Assembly: GCF_009914755.1 (NCBI RefSeq) | Contig: NC_060936.1 | Length of the DNA stretch: 64,000 bases | DNA from: the human T2T-CHM13v2.0 reference genome, Homo sapiens | Direction: 5' to 3' (one strand) | Shown here: positions 11,801 to 27,894 of the stretch, one piece after another | How the letters are laid out: every line of letters starts with the position of its first letter | Position numbering within the stretch: the first letter of the stretch is position 1 | Translations under genes and position numbers: made by a program | The notes under the pieces: generated by a model | Told to the model about the DNA's origin: nothing | Database searches by the model: none | What the model saw: only the letters and a program-made list of their open reading frames with translations

Positions 11801-14800
11801 TTTTGAAACAATTAGTTTCCCCGCAGGCTTTGTGACCTTCTCATGCCTGTGTATGTATGTGCAGTACTTGGCTGTGAGAGGCAGGGCTGGGTAGACAGCA
11901 GCCCAGGCGCAGTGTCTAGTGGGCCCTCCCTGGGTCACAGTCACCACAGTGACAATCTCCAACAATTAGTCCAGTGACTTTATGATCTTCAAGAGCTTCT
12001 CTCCAGGGCAGGAGAGTTCTGTTGAAGATGGAGTTCACTCAAGATGGAGTGGAGCAACATGTACCTCCCACCTTCCTCTGATCCCTGGGGAAAGAGGAAA
12101 TCTAAGAATTCAGATGGCAGTAACAATGACAACAAAAGGAATCCAAGAGTAGCTCCAACTCTAGCATCATAACCTGTGGAACCCCTTTCTTTCTGAAGCC
12201 CCCAGCCCCAACCTTTATCATGGGGTCCCTTCCCTGTCTACTGGAACTCTTTCCCTAGAGTTTGGTCCCAGATATGGGATAGGTGCCATGGATCCTGTGG
12301 TGCAGGTGCTCTAGGCACAAATGCTCTGTTGTGCTCTGCTTTGAAAACCTGGGGCTCTGTCAGTTTCATGTGGGCTGCTCTTGTCCAGCTGGAGCCAGAC
12401 GCTAGGTCACGCACGAAAGAGAGGGCTGGAACTCTGGTCCTGGGCAGACTGCTGTCCTGGGGACTGGCTACCTGCCTGGCCTTGTTTGCCTTCCTGGCCT
12501 AGAACGCTCGCTCATGAGTTCCCCAGCATGGCATAGGGAACAGTGGAGGTGGACTGAGGGGGCAGGAAACCACTGGCTTGGGGCCACAGGGGTGGCAACA
12601 GCAAAGACAGTTCGGTGGATGAAGGACACTATGGGATGGATGTGGCTGGAGGTGCAGCTGCCACAGGGTCAGTGGACAGCAGGGCTTACGAGTGAGGAAA
12701 GGGATAGTGTAGGCAGGAGCCACACTTGCCTCCAGTAGCCGCTGCAGTGGGCTCAGGGGCCCTGGACAGCCATGGGAACCTCTGGCGATGGCAGGCAGTG
12801 GATCAGTGTAAACATGTCTGTAGCTAAGCCTGGGGATTGGCAGGCCAGCGGTGGCTGAGTGAGGCAGGAAAAGAGCCTGTGGCTGCTGCTACTCTCATTC
12901 TCCTCCCTGCAGCAGGGTTCCGGAGGCTCTCCTCGCCTCTGCTCACCCTCAGATGGGAGGGCTTTTGTGTGCAGGATGCACCTAGCTCCTGCGGAGCCGG
13001 CCCTGGCTGCCCACTGATCTGTGGGCTAATCTGCTCGTGTACATCTTTGTGTTCAGTCAGAGGAAGCAACAGGGAGTCTTTACTCAGAAATACTTTGCCC
13101 AGGGGACCTTTAATCATGGACAGACAATTTTCCATATAGGGTTCTTCTTTGGAGCCTACCCCAGCTCTTAGGATCTTGAGAAGAGCTCTGTCAGGAGAGG
13201 CAGATTCCCACCTATGGGATTCCCTGTTTCTTCCTTGAACCCTTTGGGAACAGGGAGGATTCCTTACATCTCTGATAAGAAACACCCTTAAAATTACTGA
13301 AGGCATCTCATCGACCTCATCCCTACCAGTCTGAACTCCCTGTAGCCAAGTTCTCTTAAAAAGAGAGGGAGAGGTGGTGGGGTGTAGGTGTGGGATTTGG
13401 TGGTTGAGGCAAGGTCTAGAGCCAGGCAGAAGCACATCTGCTGATGCTGTCCAGTGCTGCCCTGCAAGTGACAGTCAGTGGCCAACACAGCAGATCCGTG
13501 GCCATCTGAGCTTTTCCAAACATCTTGTTTATGCACAGAGGAGTTTGGAAAAATAACAGCAATTCAGGGCCACTTCCACCCAAAAGGCAAGGAAGGGAGG
13601 TTCTTCAGAGAGCAGCCAAGATGCCTGTGGCGGGGTGGCTGAGGTTGGGCAAATAGACTTGCTGGCCACTTGCTCCCTGAAAGCAATATGGAACAACAAA
13701 CAGGTCCCTGTTCTGCAATCCAGCTCGCCTTTGGCCCTGGTGTGGAGTGGTCTGGCAAATCCAGGGACAGACAGACTTTACCTCAGACGTGCTTTGGGAA
13801 AGCACACCCAGCCGAGTTCTTGGCAGCATTCTGCCTGTCTCCACTCCATCCTTAGGGTCTCTTGGCTCCAGACAGGATCAAAGGTCCCCACGCCTCCTGG
13901 CCAGAGGCCTCAGAGAGAGGCATTTGTGGATGTCTTTTCATTACGGACTCCTGGTTACTGGAATTTGAAAATCTGGCTGTGAACACTGATTCCAGGCCAA
14001 CTGTTGGCACTCATGTTATAACAAGGACGAGCTTCTACCCCCCCACACCCCTTTTTAAGTCAAAGATGGAAAAACTCCATTTGGCAGTTCTTTTCCCTGA
14101 AATAGCAACAAGAAGAGAGACAAACATCCCAAGTTTAAAAAAAGAAAACTTTGTAGAGGAACAGAGATTCTCTTACAACGTTATTCTAATCAGTAATACC
14201 TTTAACTCTGTCATCAGACATCTGATATTTGTGATTATAAATGAGCCTCTAGACTGGGTGTGCAAATCAGTTCTAAAGCCATAGCTGGGATTTTTTTTTT
14301 CAAGTGTAGTAAAAGACACATAGCCAGATAGAAAGTTTAATTAAACCCATGAGTCAGATAATATGAAAGACCAAAGTAAATACGCTCTCCGCAGGTGTGG
14401 CTTTGGAGACAGGAAAGAGGAATTTTTGCTTGCCTGGAGGCTAGGTGTTCTCCCTCCTGTCTGGAGGGGACCTTGTGGTGGTGTTTGTCCTTGGAAAGTA
14501 GGTGTCCTTACACAAGGAGCATCCTGTTTACTCTCTTTCAGACACACAGTCACCTGCCTCCTACTACCAGGGTCAAAGAAAAGAGAAAAAAAAAAAGACG
14601 CTGTGAACTCCTTTCTGTTGTCTTTCGAGACTTTATAGCTGCTGGATGCCTGGCCTAAATATACCAAAGTTCCACCAATTTAGTCGTGCTTCCTTTGAAT
14701 TTTATGGGTTTCTTTCTTTTTTTCCCCTTCTTCCCACCTACAGTCCTAATTTTCATTCTTTCTCATCTCACACTTGGCAGAATCAAGTTGAATGATACAT

Positions 14801-15313
14801 AAAAGAAAGCAGGACCCCTGGGAATCAAGGATGGGGCTGGAAGGGGTGGCAGGAGATGTGGAGAAGGCTCCCATTGAGGGGGTTTAAGGAGGTGAGTGAA
14901 AAGTGGTCACTGCCTGTTTGAGAGGCCTGAGCTGTTCCAGGGATGTGGCTATGAGCAAATAGAGATGTGGAACTGGGAGCAAAGGGAGCCCAAAATGAAT
15001 TTGCCTGGATGGAATGAAAGAGCAAAGAAGACAGAGGGTGAATCCTAGGACAGGGACCCTGTGGGGCATATGGGTAAACACAGCAGCCAATGGAAGTGTT
15101 TTCCATTCTGCCTTCTCCCTAAGAAGTGCGTACAGAAACAAATGAATGAATAATACTTGTTTTATTTCTCACTGTAAAAGTAACCCCACATTCATTGTAT
15201 TGTAGAAATTTCCAAAACACATAAACACAAAATAAATAAGTAAAACCATGCATAACCTTACTGCTTGGATGTAATAATACTAAATTCTGTTCACTTTCAT
15301 ATTTTTTATTTGA

Positions 15314-15679
<366 letters not shown>

Positions 15680-15978
15680 TTTTTTTTTTTTTTTTTTTTT
15701 TGGGACAGGGTCTCAGTCTGCCACCCGGGGTGGAGTGCAGTGACACAATCATAGCTCACTGGCTCACTGTAACCTCAAACTCCTGCCTCAGCCTCCTGAG
15801 TAGCTGAGACTGCAGACATGTGCCACCACATTCAGCTAATTTTTTTATTTTTTTAAATTTTCGTAGAGGCAGGGTCTTGCTGTGTTGCCCGGGCTGGTCT
15901 CAAACTTCTGGCCTCAAGCAGTTTTCCCACCCTGGCCTTCCAAAGTGCTGGGATTACAGGCATGACTCATGCCCAGTC
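15680..15978 (-). mobile_element. AluJ-like element
   Basis: caatcatagctcactg, tgttgcccgggctggtctcaaact, T-run 15680-15701. Confidence 0.88.
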
Positions 15979-16657
15979 TGATTTTTCAATTTAGTATTTT
16001 TTTTTAGAAATCCAACATTATTCACTAGTCCATATTTATGTATATAGACAAGTCACCTGCCGAAAGATAAAAGTTTCTAGTACGGAATTTAGAGGATAAC
16101 TCTGCAGAGCAATGGTGTGGGTGAATATCTTTTAGGCCGGGTTCTGTGTGGAGTGGAGCTTGCCCTCAGCTTCTCAGCACAGCAGAGGGATCAGCTGACC
16201 TGATAAAGAAGGTAGATGGAAGCATATTAGAAGAAAAGAGTTCTGCTCACGTAGGGTAGAACAGGAGGGAACCTGGAAGGCTGGAGCTACTCTGTTATTA
16301 TGGAGTCAAAAGTTTCCTAGCTGAGTACAAGGGGAAGTATCCCCGCCTAGGGGGAGGCTCATAAGAGTTATCATTTATTGAACATCTACTATGTGCTGGG
16401 TATTGGGGGGCTGTGCAAATGCTATTTTTCATCCTTCAGACAATCTAACAAAATAGGTCTCATTGTTTGCACTTTCCTGATGAGGAAACTAAGGCGCTCA
16501 GTGATTAATTTCAGTCCAAGGTCACACAACTGGTAAGCACCTAAATGAGGACTACAGCATGGGTTTTCCAGGAGTGTTGCAGAATAGAAAAACATACGCT
16601 TTGAAAGAAACAGAAAAACATACCTTTCGATCACTTTCATTAAAACATATCTTTCTT

Positions 16658-16792
16658 TGCTGGGCATGGTGGCTCATGCCTGTAATCCCAGCACTTTGGG
16701 AGGCTGAAGCCAGTGGATTGCTTGAGCCCAGCAGTTCAAGACCAGCCTGGGCAACATGACAAGACCCTGTCTTTAAAAAAATAAAAAAATAA
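16658..16792 (+). mobile_element. Alu left monomer (FLAM-like)
   Basis: About 130-bp monomer with A tail and no right arm. Confidence 0.85.
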
Positions 16793-16865
16793 ACATAACT
16801 TTATCTTAGATGATAAAGTAATAAATACTTATTGAAGAAAAATCACTACTAATCCCTTTTTCCTA

Positions 16866-17323
16866 TGTTACTGGATGGAAAGTCTTGATTGTGAGTTTTC
16901 CAGGTTCTTGGTACATTGAGCAAAGAATTGAATAAAATGCACAAAGCACCAAAAGAACGAAGCAATGAAAGAAGCAACAAAAAAGCACAGATTTATTGAA
17001 GCGAAAGTACACTCCACAGAGTGGGAGCAGGCTCAAGAAAGCGGCTCAAGAGCCCTGATTACAATGTTGTTTAGGGTTTTTATTAAGCTAAAGAATTTGG
17101 GTAACACTCCAGGTGCCCTGTAGACGCTTCCAAATCAGTTACACCCTATGAAGGATTGGCCCCCGACCAATCAGAGGCTGAAGTGGAGACTTCTGCCTTG
17201 ATACCACAGGAGTGAGGATGTGACCTGTGTGTTGCCTAATCTTGCTTAGAACTGGCTTCACCTGCTGTTCTTTTGCTTATGCCTTAACCCTTGGTTACCC
17301 TAATTCCCTAGTCTCCGGCCTCA
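16866..17323 (-). mobile_element. ERV1-class solo LTR (MER61-like)
   Basis: TG...CA termini, flanks ccta/cctg; minus strand starts TGAGGCCGGAGACTAGGGAATTAGGGTAACCAAGG; minus-strand AATAAA (tttatt ~16992). Subfamily from memory. Confidence 0.7.
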
Positions 17324-18149
17324 CCTGGTACCATGATTTGAAAATTCTCTTGTTATTTGATTTTCCCTCTCTGGATCTTACATTAATTTATTCAACAAAT
17401 ATTTATTTTTTAATTACCATGCATTAATCACTGTTCAAGAGAATTTTAAAAAGCAGGTGAGATTATCCCCTGCCTCAAGAAATAGATAGTACAATGGGAA
17501 TTAGGCGGCCACACACACTAGCTATGACACCTGTAATGACTACTACCATAGAGATTGCGTCAAGGGCTGAGGATGTGCGGTTGTGTGAAGACTGGCTTCA
17601 AAACAAAGGTAGTTTCCTCTCTCCGTGTGTTGATTCTTTCATCTGTGTAATGACATCTGTATAATGACAAGAGTGACTTCTGGATTTAGCATGCTCTAAG
17701 TCTCATTCCCTTGTCTTCTGTAGATTTGTCACTGGGAAGCTCTTTTCCATATGTAGTGAGTTCTGGTTTCCTGGGACAGCCTGATCTGGAGCCCACACAG
17801 GATGGTTGCCTTCGGAGGCCCCTGTTGCTGTCACGTGGCAAGTGGCCTACTTCAGTGTTTCCATGTGCTTGTGTTTGTCAAGAGACACACCTGCTCAGCC
17901 ACATGTTCAAGTTACAGTTCTTTCCTACATTTCCCTCCCTCCCTCTTTCCGTGCTTTCTCATATCTTTTAGTTTCAGGTCATTACCTGCTGCACCCCTCC
18001 AGACCCCAGACTTCCTGGAAGGATAGAACTCAAGGTCAGGATTTGTTCTGATACAGCTCTATATGCCTGCAGGCCCTAGCACAGCTCTCTGCACATAGAT
18101 GTCCAATTAATGTGGACGAATGACTAGTGGTTTTCTCTTTTGAAACTTC

Positions 18150-18529
18150 TTGGCATGCAGGGCTGACTGACACCTTTCTGGAAGGCCTGGGAGAGAATTT
18201 GCGTTGTTTCATTTTGTTTGTTCTTACCTTTTCCCGCCTATAGAGGCTGCCTGCCTTCCTGTGCTTGCGGTCTTCTTCCATCTTTAAAGTCAGTAGTGGC
18301 TTGTCAAATCTTTCTTACATGTCATCATTCTGACACTGACTGTTTGGCCTCCCTTTTCCATCTTTTATGAATTACTGTGAGTACCTTGCGGCCATCTGGA
18401 TAATCCAGGGTCATCTCCCTATCTTAAGATCAGCTGGTCAGCAACCTTAATTCCCTTTTTACATTTAACACATTCTAGTTCCAGGGAGAAATATGTGGAC
18501 GTTTTTGGGAGAGCCCATTACCTATCACA
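18150..18529 (-). mobile_element. MaLR LTR fragment (MLT1C/D-like)
   Basis: tagaggctgcc...ggataatccaggg...tcagcaaccttaattcc...cctatcaca. Confidence 0.7.
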
Positions 18530-18559
18530 GTGCCAAGTAATTTTTCTTCAGGATTCTGT

Positions 18560-19085
18560 TTATTCAACCATCTAGCCACACACCCATATAGCATTTATTG
18601 AGCTCCCACTGTGTTCCATGTGCTTGTGAAGTGCTGGGATATGAAGGATGCACAGTACATAGTCTGGTAGGAGATGAGAATGAACAATTGCAATGCGTTT
18701 GACCAGCAATATAATGTAGATGTGCAGAGGAGACCATGGGGGTACTGAGGAGAGGCATCAAACCCAGACCAGAGAATGGGATGGCACCTGACCTCATCTT
18801 TATGGAGGCTGGGACTGGGGATGGAGGGCTATGCAGAGGGAACAGTATTTGCAAAGACCTGGACAGCATGGTGTGCTCTGGGACTTAAGATAGTTCAAAT
18901 TGCTGGAGCATAACGTACTCTTTTCCTACTCTACCTCTGCCCTCCTTAAGAAGGAGTTGAAACTCGATAGGTAAGAGTAGAAGATCATGATTAACCTTGT
19001 TTGCAAGTTAAGGAGGTGGATTTTATGTTATAGCCACTGGGAAATGACAAGGATTTCTAACAGAGGAGTGATGGTGGGCTAATGT
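18560..19085 (-). mobile_element. L2 LINE 3' region
   Basis: tttattcaac...catttattgagctcccactgtgt...gtgctgggata; aacagtatttgcaaagacctgg. Confidence 0.7.
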
Positions 19086-19479
19086 GCTGGCTGTGCATAA
19101 TGGCTTTCCAAAGATTCTTTATTGCATTTTCATGACTTTCTCCCTGCCAGAAGAGATACTCAGTCTACCTTTTTCTAATGTGAACACAGTATACCCATTT
19201 TTTACCCTTGCTGCCAGTCTCCCTAAGCCTGTATTGCCCCTGTTGGCTAAGTCTGCTTTGAGGTCCTTCAAGGTGACTTTGCAGCATCTCTTCCCACATT
19301 ACGTCCAGGATCTGGCCCTGATTACCTCCCTCCTTTAGGTCTCTTTTCCCCCAGGGCCATCTTCATTAAGGTACTAATTAGGACAGCCTCAATGAACTGT
19401 AAATGCATTTGTATAAAATGACTGCGTGTCTCAGCAGATTTTTTGCTTCCTTGAAAGCAATAGCAGAAGCGATTATGAA

Positions 19480-20155
19480 ACAGCTGTGGTATGGTGGCAA
19501 AAGCAATGGTTTTAGCCAGAAAATCTGGCTGTGAATCCCAGCTCTGCCATTTAATAGCTATTTGACCTTAGGGGCAGTCATAGAAATTCTTTGAGTCTCA
19601 ATTTCATAGTCTATAGAATGGGGGTTGTAATAGTCAGGGTAGGCTGACTACCGTAACCAAAATTTTAGGAGTTTAACAAAATAAAAATGTATGTCTTGCT
19701 GATGTGACAATCCAAGGTGGGTGTCCCTGGTCAGGTGGTTCTTCTGCATAGCTCTTCTCCAACTATGGCTCAGAGACTCGGGATCCCTCCGCCTGTGGCT
19801 CTCTCAACCCCTCAGCCGACACAGTCCCCAGAGCCCTCCTCATTTGTCCAAACGATGAGGAATGGAGGGATAATATTAAAGTTTGTGTAGTTGTATGGGC
19901 CAGCTCAAGAATGACCCACATCCCTTTTGCTCTCAATCCACTGTGCAGAACTCACTCACATGACTGCACCTAATTGCAAGGGCAGCTGGGAAATGTAGTC
20001 CAGCTATGTGTCCAGGAAGAAAAGGAAATGGTTTACAGAAAAACTGGTCAGTCTGGCCAACTCTCCAACTATAAAAATAAAATTGTTTTTAGAATTAAAT
20101 TAGATAAGTAGGTGCTAACTTAGAGCAGCGCCTAGTATGCCATAAGTATTTCATG
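19480..20155. mobile_element. MIR interrupted by an MLT1 (J/K-like) LTR at ~19630-20060
   Basis: MIR core (gaatcccagctctgccattt...tgaccttagg) to ~19630; MaLR motifs (ctgcacctaattgcaagggcagctgggaaatgtagtcc); MIR tail resumes at ~20075. Confidence 0.65.
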
Positions 20156-22523
20156 TGTTGTGTGTGTGTGTGTTTGTGTGTGTGTGCCTTGCAAAGAGTG
20201 CCTCAGAGAACAACAAATGCTTCAGGGAGGAAATAGAAATTGTGGGTTGTGAGAGCAGTTCTCTTCAATGTTTTCTTTTAGAGTGTATCAGGAAAAAGTA
20301 CTCAGTAAGAAATAGCCCATTAGTATCAGTAAAAAATACTTCAAAAGAAAATATAGTCCATTAGCCCTTGGCACCCTTGGAAAAAGCTCTGTCTGACAGA
20401 TGCATCGCTGCCTCCCAGCTCTGCCGGCAGGTCCTCTGCCTTGCTTATACTCCTCTGCTGCTTCTTTTCCTAATTGCTTCCCTCCTCCCTCTGCCATCCT
20501 CAACTTGTGCGCACTAATTCCCCCTTGCATTGAGGATTATAATGGGAGTGGAATCAGGACTGATAAAAGGGGAAGAGGGGTGAATTAAATCAGACAAGAT
20601 AATTTAGAGAAATAAGTAGGGCAAGATAGGTCCCCTAAAAGAGCATTAAGTAGAATTTGGCCTTAGAGAAAGGCCCAGACTAATTCACGTGCTTGTGCAA
20701 CTGAGTATGCAAATCAATAGAACAGAGAGTAGGGGGACTGCTAATGCCAATGTTTTATAATCAAGTAAGTTTTTGCCTACCCCAAATGTTTGGGTCCTCA
20801 GGCTTCTCAATCTACTTGGCCTTCCCTGTCCCCGTCCATACCCCAGGTGATAAGGTCCTAAATAGGAATGGAGGAAATTCTGCCTCCCTTCCTGCATGTT
20901 CCAGGGATGATGATTTTATTTTATTTGAACAAGTATTTACTTTCCAAAGATATATTAAGGACATGATTTCTTTTCCCTTTCACCAGTTCAATCCCTGCCT
21001 TGGAAAAAACAGCAGGAAGAAACTATTAACTGATGTGTGCTGCTTTTAGAGCCATCCCGGGGGACAGATCCATCTCCATTAAGCACCCAGTTGTTGAGAG
21101 CTGCAACAGGCTTTGTAATGAACTCTGCGATTAGAAGGCCGGGGGCTGGCGGGGAGGGGGCTCTAATGGTGGCCTAGGAGGCAGGTCCTTCTCTGAAGAT
21201 GTCCAAGAATGGTTCAGAGGAGAGCCGCTGCCACATGTGTGCAGGCTGAGGGGCAGGCTGCAGAGAGTGATGAACAGGGATCATTTGGAAGAAGGGACAT
21301 GACAAGTTAAAGTAAAATAATGACTGCGGCTCACGACTCAGAGCTTTTATCCAGCCACAGGCTAGTCTGGCTCTACTTGGGGAAGGGAAGGCTGCAGATT
21401 TTCTCTGATTCAGAAAGAGAACATAAAAACAAAAAGGGGCCTGGTCTTGGGGTGGGTGGGAGGGGAAGGAGAGGTTGGAGATTGGGGCCTGGTGCAGGAG
21501 CTAGAGAAAAGGGGGAGGAGGAATAGGTTGAAGAAGGGAGACATGCAGCTGAGTGCAGAAGACTCAGGACTCAGGACTCAGTACCTGGAGCTGCTTAGGG
21601 TCCCTGTTTCAGAAACGAGGAGGATAAGGACTAGTGCAGAGCCATCTTCACCATTAGGGGCAAAGAAGAACTCTGTAGATGTTTTTTTCTTTTAGCTAGT
21701 TTTGCTTTTCCTTGTGTAAAATGGAACCTATTAAGGTGAATTTCCTTACGGGAGGGAGTTGTAATGTTTGGTTGTTAAAAACCTGGGCTTGAATTCCAAC
21801 TCTGCCATTTGCTAGCTTCATGATTTTTTAGAAGTTCATTAGCTTCTCTGAACTTTGGAGTTCAGTGAGGATTAGAAGAATAATGTACGTAAAACAGCAC
21901 AGGATCCGGCACACAGCAATCATTTGTTAAAAGTTAACTGGTGTTGTAAAAAAATGCTTCTTTTGACCAAGGAGATGACTAGAAATTTGGGAAGGCATTT
22001 CAGAGAGTCTGGTAGAGTTGTCCTCATGCAAGCAAAAATCTCTTTGCTCATAGGAGTTGTCTCGACCTGGAGTCAGAAGACCTGGGTCCTAGGCATAATG
22101 CCACCTCTAACAAACTGTGGGACCTGCAAGAAGCCTGAGCAAGGCCTTCGGGACTCAGGCTCTCATTTGTAAGATAGGGAGAACACTGAGTGCTTGATTT
22201 GCCTCATAGGGGTCTCATGCGGATCTCTAAGGCAAACCTGAGAGCACCTTGTGGAAGTGAGACTCTAGGCAAACACTAAGGGCCTGCTAAGAAGGGTGAC
22301 TGTTCATTGAGCAGGATGGGTGGTCCCTGGAGGGCAGAGGCTAGAATGGCTAGCGGGTGAGAAGCTCCAGAAAGAGAAGAGGAGAGAAGAGGAAACTGGG
22401 AGGGAACAGAGAGCTTGGAAGGCTCACATAGGAGGTGGGAGGACTGAGTGGACCTTTTGGTTGGTTGGAGGAGCAGAGTTAGAACCAGAAAGAACCAAAC
22501 GCCAGGACCAAGGGTGGCAGTAG

Positions 22524-22885
<362 letters not shown>

Positions 22886-22919
22886 TGAAGCCCAGAGGGG
22901 TTGAAAGAGTAAAATAATG

Positions 22920-23194
22920 AGCCGGGCATGGTGGCTCATGCCTACAGTAATCCCAGCATTTTGAGAGGCCGAGGTGGGAGAATCACTTGAGCCCAGAGTG
23001 CAAGACCAGCCTGGGCAACACGACGAAACTCCGCCTCTACAAAAAAATGCAAAAATTAGCCAGATGTGTTGCGCAGTCCTGTAATCCCAGCTACTCAGGA
23101 GGATTGCCTGAGCCTGGGAGGCTGAGGCTGCAGTGAGCTGAGATTGCACCACTGCACTCCAGCCTGGACAACAGATAGAGACCCTGTCTCAAAA
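22920..23194 (+). mobile_element. Alu (AluJ-like)
   Basis: cacttgagcccagag, gaggctgcagtgagctgag; tail expanded into a microsatellite. Confidence 0.92.
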
Positions 23195-23305
23195 GGAAAG
23201 AAAGAAAGAGAGAGAGAGAGAAAGAAAGAAAGAGAGAGAGAAAGAAAGAAAGAAAGAAGGAAAGAAAGAAAGAAAGAAGGAAGGAAGGAAGGAAGGAAGG
23301 AGAAA
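23195..23305 (+). repeat. (GAAA)n/(GA)n/(GGAA)n microsatellite derived from the Alu tail
   Basis: Direct reading. Confidence 0.95.
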
Positions 23306-23514
23306 GCAAGGGTAAACCAATGATAATCATAATAAATAACATTTATCGAGTTAATTATTCCTCATTTATTCAACAAATATGCAGTGCCCCCATGTGCCAA
23401 TGTTTTAGGTGCTAATGATAGACATGTCAGTGAATAAAACAGAAAAGAATTTCTGTCCTCATGGAGCTTATGGCCTGAGCAGGAAAATATGTACATTAAA
23501 AAATAAATATATAT

Positions 23515-25100
<1,586 letters not shown>

Positions 25101-25599
25101 AAATATACATTATAGCAGGGTGATAAGTGCTGTGAGGAAGAATAAAACAGCAGCAGAGGATAGGTGGGTTATGCTATTTAGATGGAGTGATCAGGGAGGG
25201 CTTCTCCAAAGACATGACATTTAAGTGGAGACCAGAAAGAAGTGAGGGAGCAAGTGATGCAAGTATATTGGGGGAAGAGTGCTCCAGGCTGAAGACACAA
25301 GTGTAAAAGGGGTTGAAGCCACAGAGAGCTTTCCATGTCCAGGAACTCCCCAAAGGCCAGCATGGCTGAAGCTGAGGAGGGGAGAGAAGTGTCAGTCAAT
25401 GAGGACTCAGAGGGAGGTACTAGCCCAATTCCATGGGGCTGGTATGGACCCAGGCTGGGAGTTTAGACTTGATACTTAGTGCAATGAGGTGTCTTTGACG
25501 CAGGCAAATGACGCATGTGGATTTATGTGGTTTTTTTGTTTGTTTGTTTGTTTAAATCACTCTGCCTGTGCATGGAGAATTGTCTGCTGGGGGTGAAGT

Positions 25600-25800
25600 G
25601 AGTGGTATGCAGGTAAACCAGCTCTCTAGGTGGGGAAAAAGGCCTTGGTTTGTAATGCCTGCTAATTCCTGTGGTGTAAATGCTCCCACCATGGCCAGTT
25701 TCAAACTACCAACAATTCGACAATGGACTCTTCAAAGCCCTGAAAATATAAGCAGTCAGCTCTTGTGAGCCATCATGAGTCAGCTGCAGCACACTGCTGG
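25600..25800 (-). mobile_element. MER63-like non-autonomous hAT DNA transposon
   Basis: gtggtgtaaatgctcccaccatggccagtttcaaactaccaac...cagcacactgctg matches the MER63 reverse complement as recalled. Confidence 0.7.
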
Positions 25801-27589
25801 CAGGAGACTAATCAAGAGACTTCCAGAGCGGCAGTAACGTGGTGAGAAAAAGTAATCAGATTTGGGGTATATTTTTAAAGCTTCCTCCTATTATGCATGA
25901 GGGTAAGTGATGTTCTTGTTTTATCCCACTTTATTCTCATACTATTCCAGAGCCACCTTTTGCCTATAGAATACCTTCATGCAAATCAGAACAAAGCACC
26001 CCTTCCTCCGGGAGCAAAGAGCCTTGAACTGGGACACAACGGTGTAGGGTATGCAGTGTGGGCCCCATTGCAGCCTCATGCTCACCAGCTGCCCTGTGCA
26101 GGGCACAGCCTGGCAGATCCTAAGGTGGCAACCCTGTAATAATGCTGGTGAGGATGCCACTGTAACTCCCTTTTTTAATGGATGAGAAATTGGAAGCCCA
26201 TATTAGTTAAGTAACTTGTCTATAGCGAAGGAGATATGATTTAAACCCAAGCTGCTGTATCTCAAAGTCTTTGATAGTTTTCCTTAAAACCCCTTTGAGA
26301 TATTTCTGGTCAGTACCTCAGATGCACTCCAGTGGAGGCTCAGGTCCCGAAGTATATCTGCAAGCCTGAGCTGTCAGGTATGCCAGACTGCAAGGGCAAG
26401 AGGGTGGAAAGGAAGAGAAGGAACGGAGATAATGTAGAGTCAAAGATTTTTATACCTGAAGAGGTGGCAAACCAAGATGAAGGGAAAGGAACAAAACACT
26501 TTTGAAGTACATGCTTAGTGAGAAATATTTCAAATATTTTCCTGTTAATTTGGAAAAAAAATAACTTCATTTAAAAATGAGACTCAGAGAGGTTAAGGAG
26601 CATGCTCAGGGTAACGCGCTGATAGGTGACATCTGGGGCAATAGCCTATGCTCTTTCCACATAATCTTCCAGCAGCTTGAGCTCTACCAATGGGCAAGAG
26701 AGCCCCACTCTTTTAGTGTCCACTCTTCCTCAGAAGATGATGGTCATGATTCTGGGAGCAATCCGGCCACTTCCTGAAATATTTCAGGACCTTGACATCA
26801 AGGTGGTTGTATGGGGATCATTTTTTCCATTAATTCAACAAACATAGATTATCTATTATCTACCTGGCACCCAAGTTAGGTAATGGGGCTGTTGTGATGA
26901 ATATGACATTGTCCCTGACCTTATAAATTACTCAACACTCCTCTTTATGTTTCCTTTTACAATCTGGGGCTCAAGTCCCCTTTGCTCCCTCCCAGTCTAT
27001 CCATGGCGTGAAGGGAATCCAGGATGCTCACGTGGTTTGACCTTCCCCTAAGCAGCTGTGGGAAATGGAATCTGGACACACAGAAGGGGTTAAAAATGGC
27101 AACTTCCCTTTCCTGTGCCCAAAATGTGGCTTTGCTCCTTCCTCTGCCTATCCCTGAGCTGACAAATTTGGGACTGCCAACTGCAGAATTTCTGGACAGC
27201 ATTGGGTCAGCCCTCCACTTGCACTCACTTATCCATTCCTGGTCTCCCTGTTTCTGACCAGGGAGTAAGAACCTGTCTTGTGGGGATGTGGGGCACTTCC
27301 CTAGAGCAAGGCCCCTTCTTGGCTTTGGGAAGGACCAGAGGATTAGGCTGGAAGTTTTTTCATGGAAATGGAATTCGAATTGGAACCTTATGTTGGATTC
27401 TCTGGGCTTCAGAGCACGGCTATAGCATGGCCTACATGCGCCAGACCTGGCCTCCTGAAGGTCTGCTGACCCTTTGAGTTGACAAGCACATGCCTTCTCC
27501 CCCAAGGGAGAGGCTGCATGCACATCCTTTTCCTGTAAGAATGCCCATCGGGTGAGGTGATAGTGTAATACAATGCCCATGTACATCTG

Positions 27590-27672
27590 CATGAATATGT
27601 GTGTGTATATGCTTGCACATGTATGTGTGTGCGCATGTATGTGTGTGTGCATTTGTGTGTGTGTGTGTGTGT
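27590..27672 (+). repeat. Imperfect (TG)n microsatellite
   Basis: Direct reading. Confidence 0.9.
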
Positions 27673-27894
27673 TTAAAGAAAAAGGAAGCCACAGAAGGTT
27701 AGTTCTGCATTCAGGAAAGCAGATGGGTAGGATAAGCATTGGGCTGCTCTGAGCTCTCACATTGTATTCACTCCCTGGGAGGCTGCTCATTATAACTGCT
27801 CAGCTGGGTTTGAATCTCCACTCCGTAATTGAATCTCCACTCCGTAACTTATTATTTGAGTGACTTTCTGCAAGTTCTTGACTTCTCTGAGGGG

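Noticed and set aside
12824-13435. 203-aa minus-strand ORF
   Set aside because: No recognisable homology or exon signals; compatible with chance.
26957-27790. 277-aa minus-strand ORF
   Set aside because: Runs through a (TG)n microsatellite; no domain or coding-like composition.
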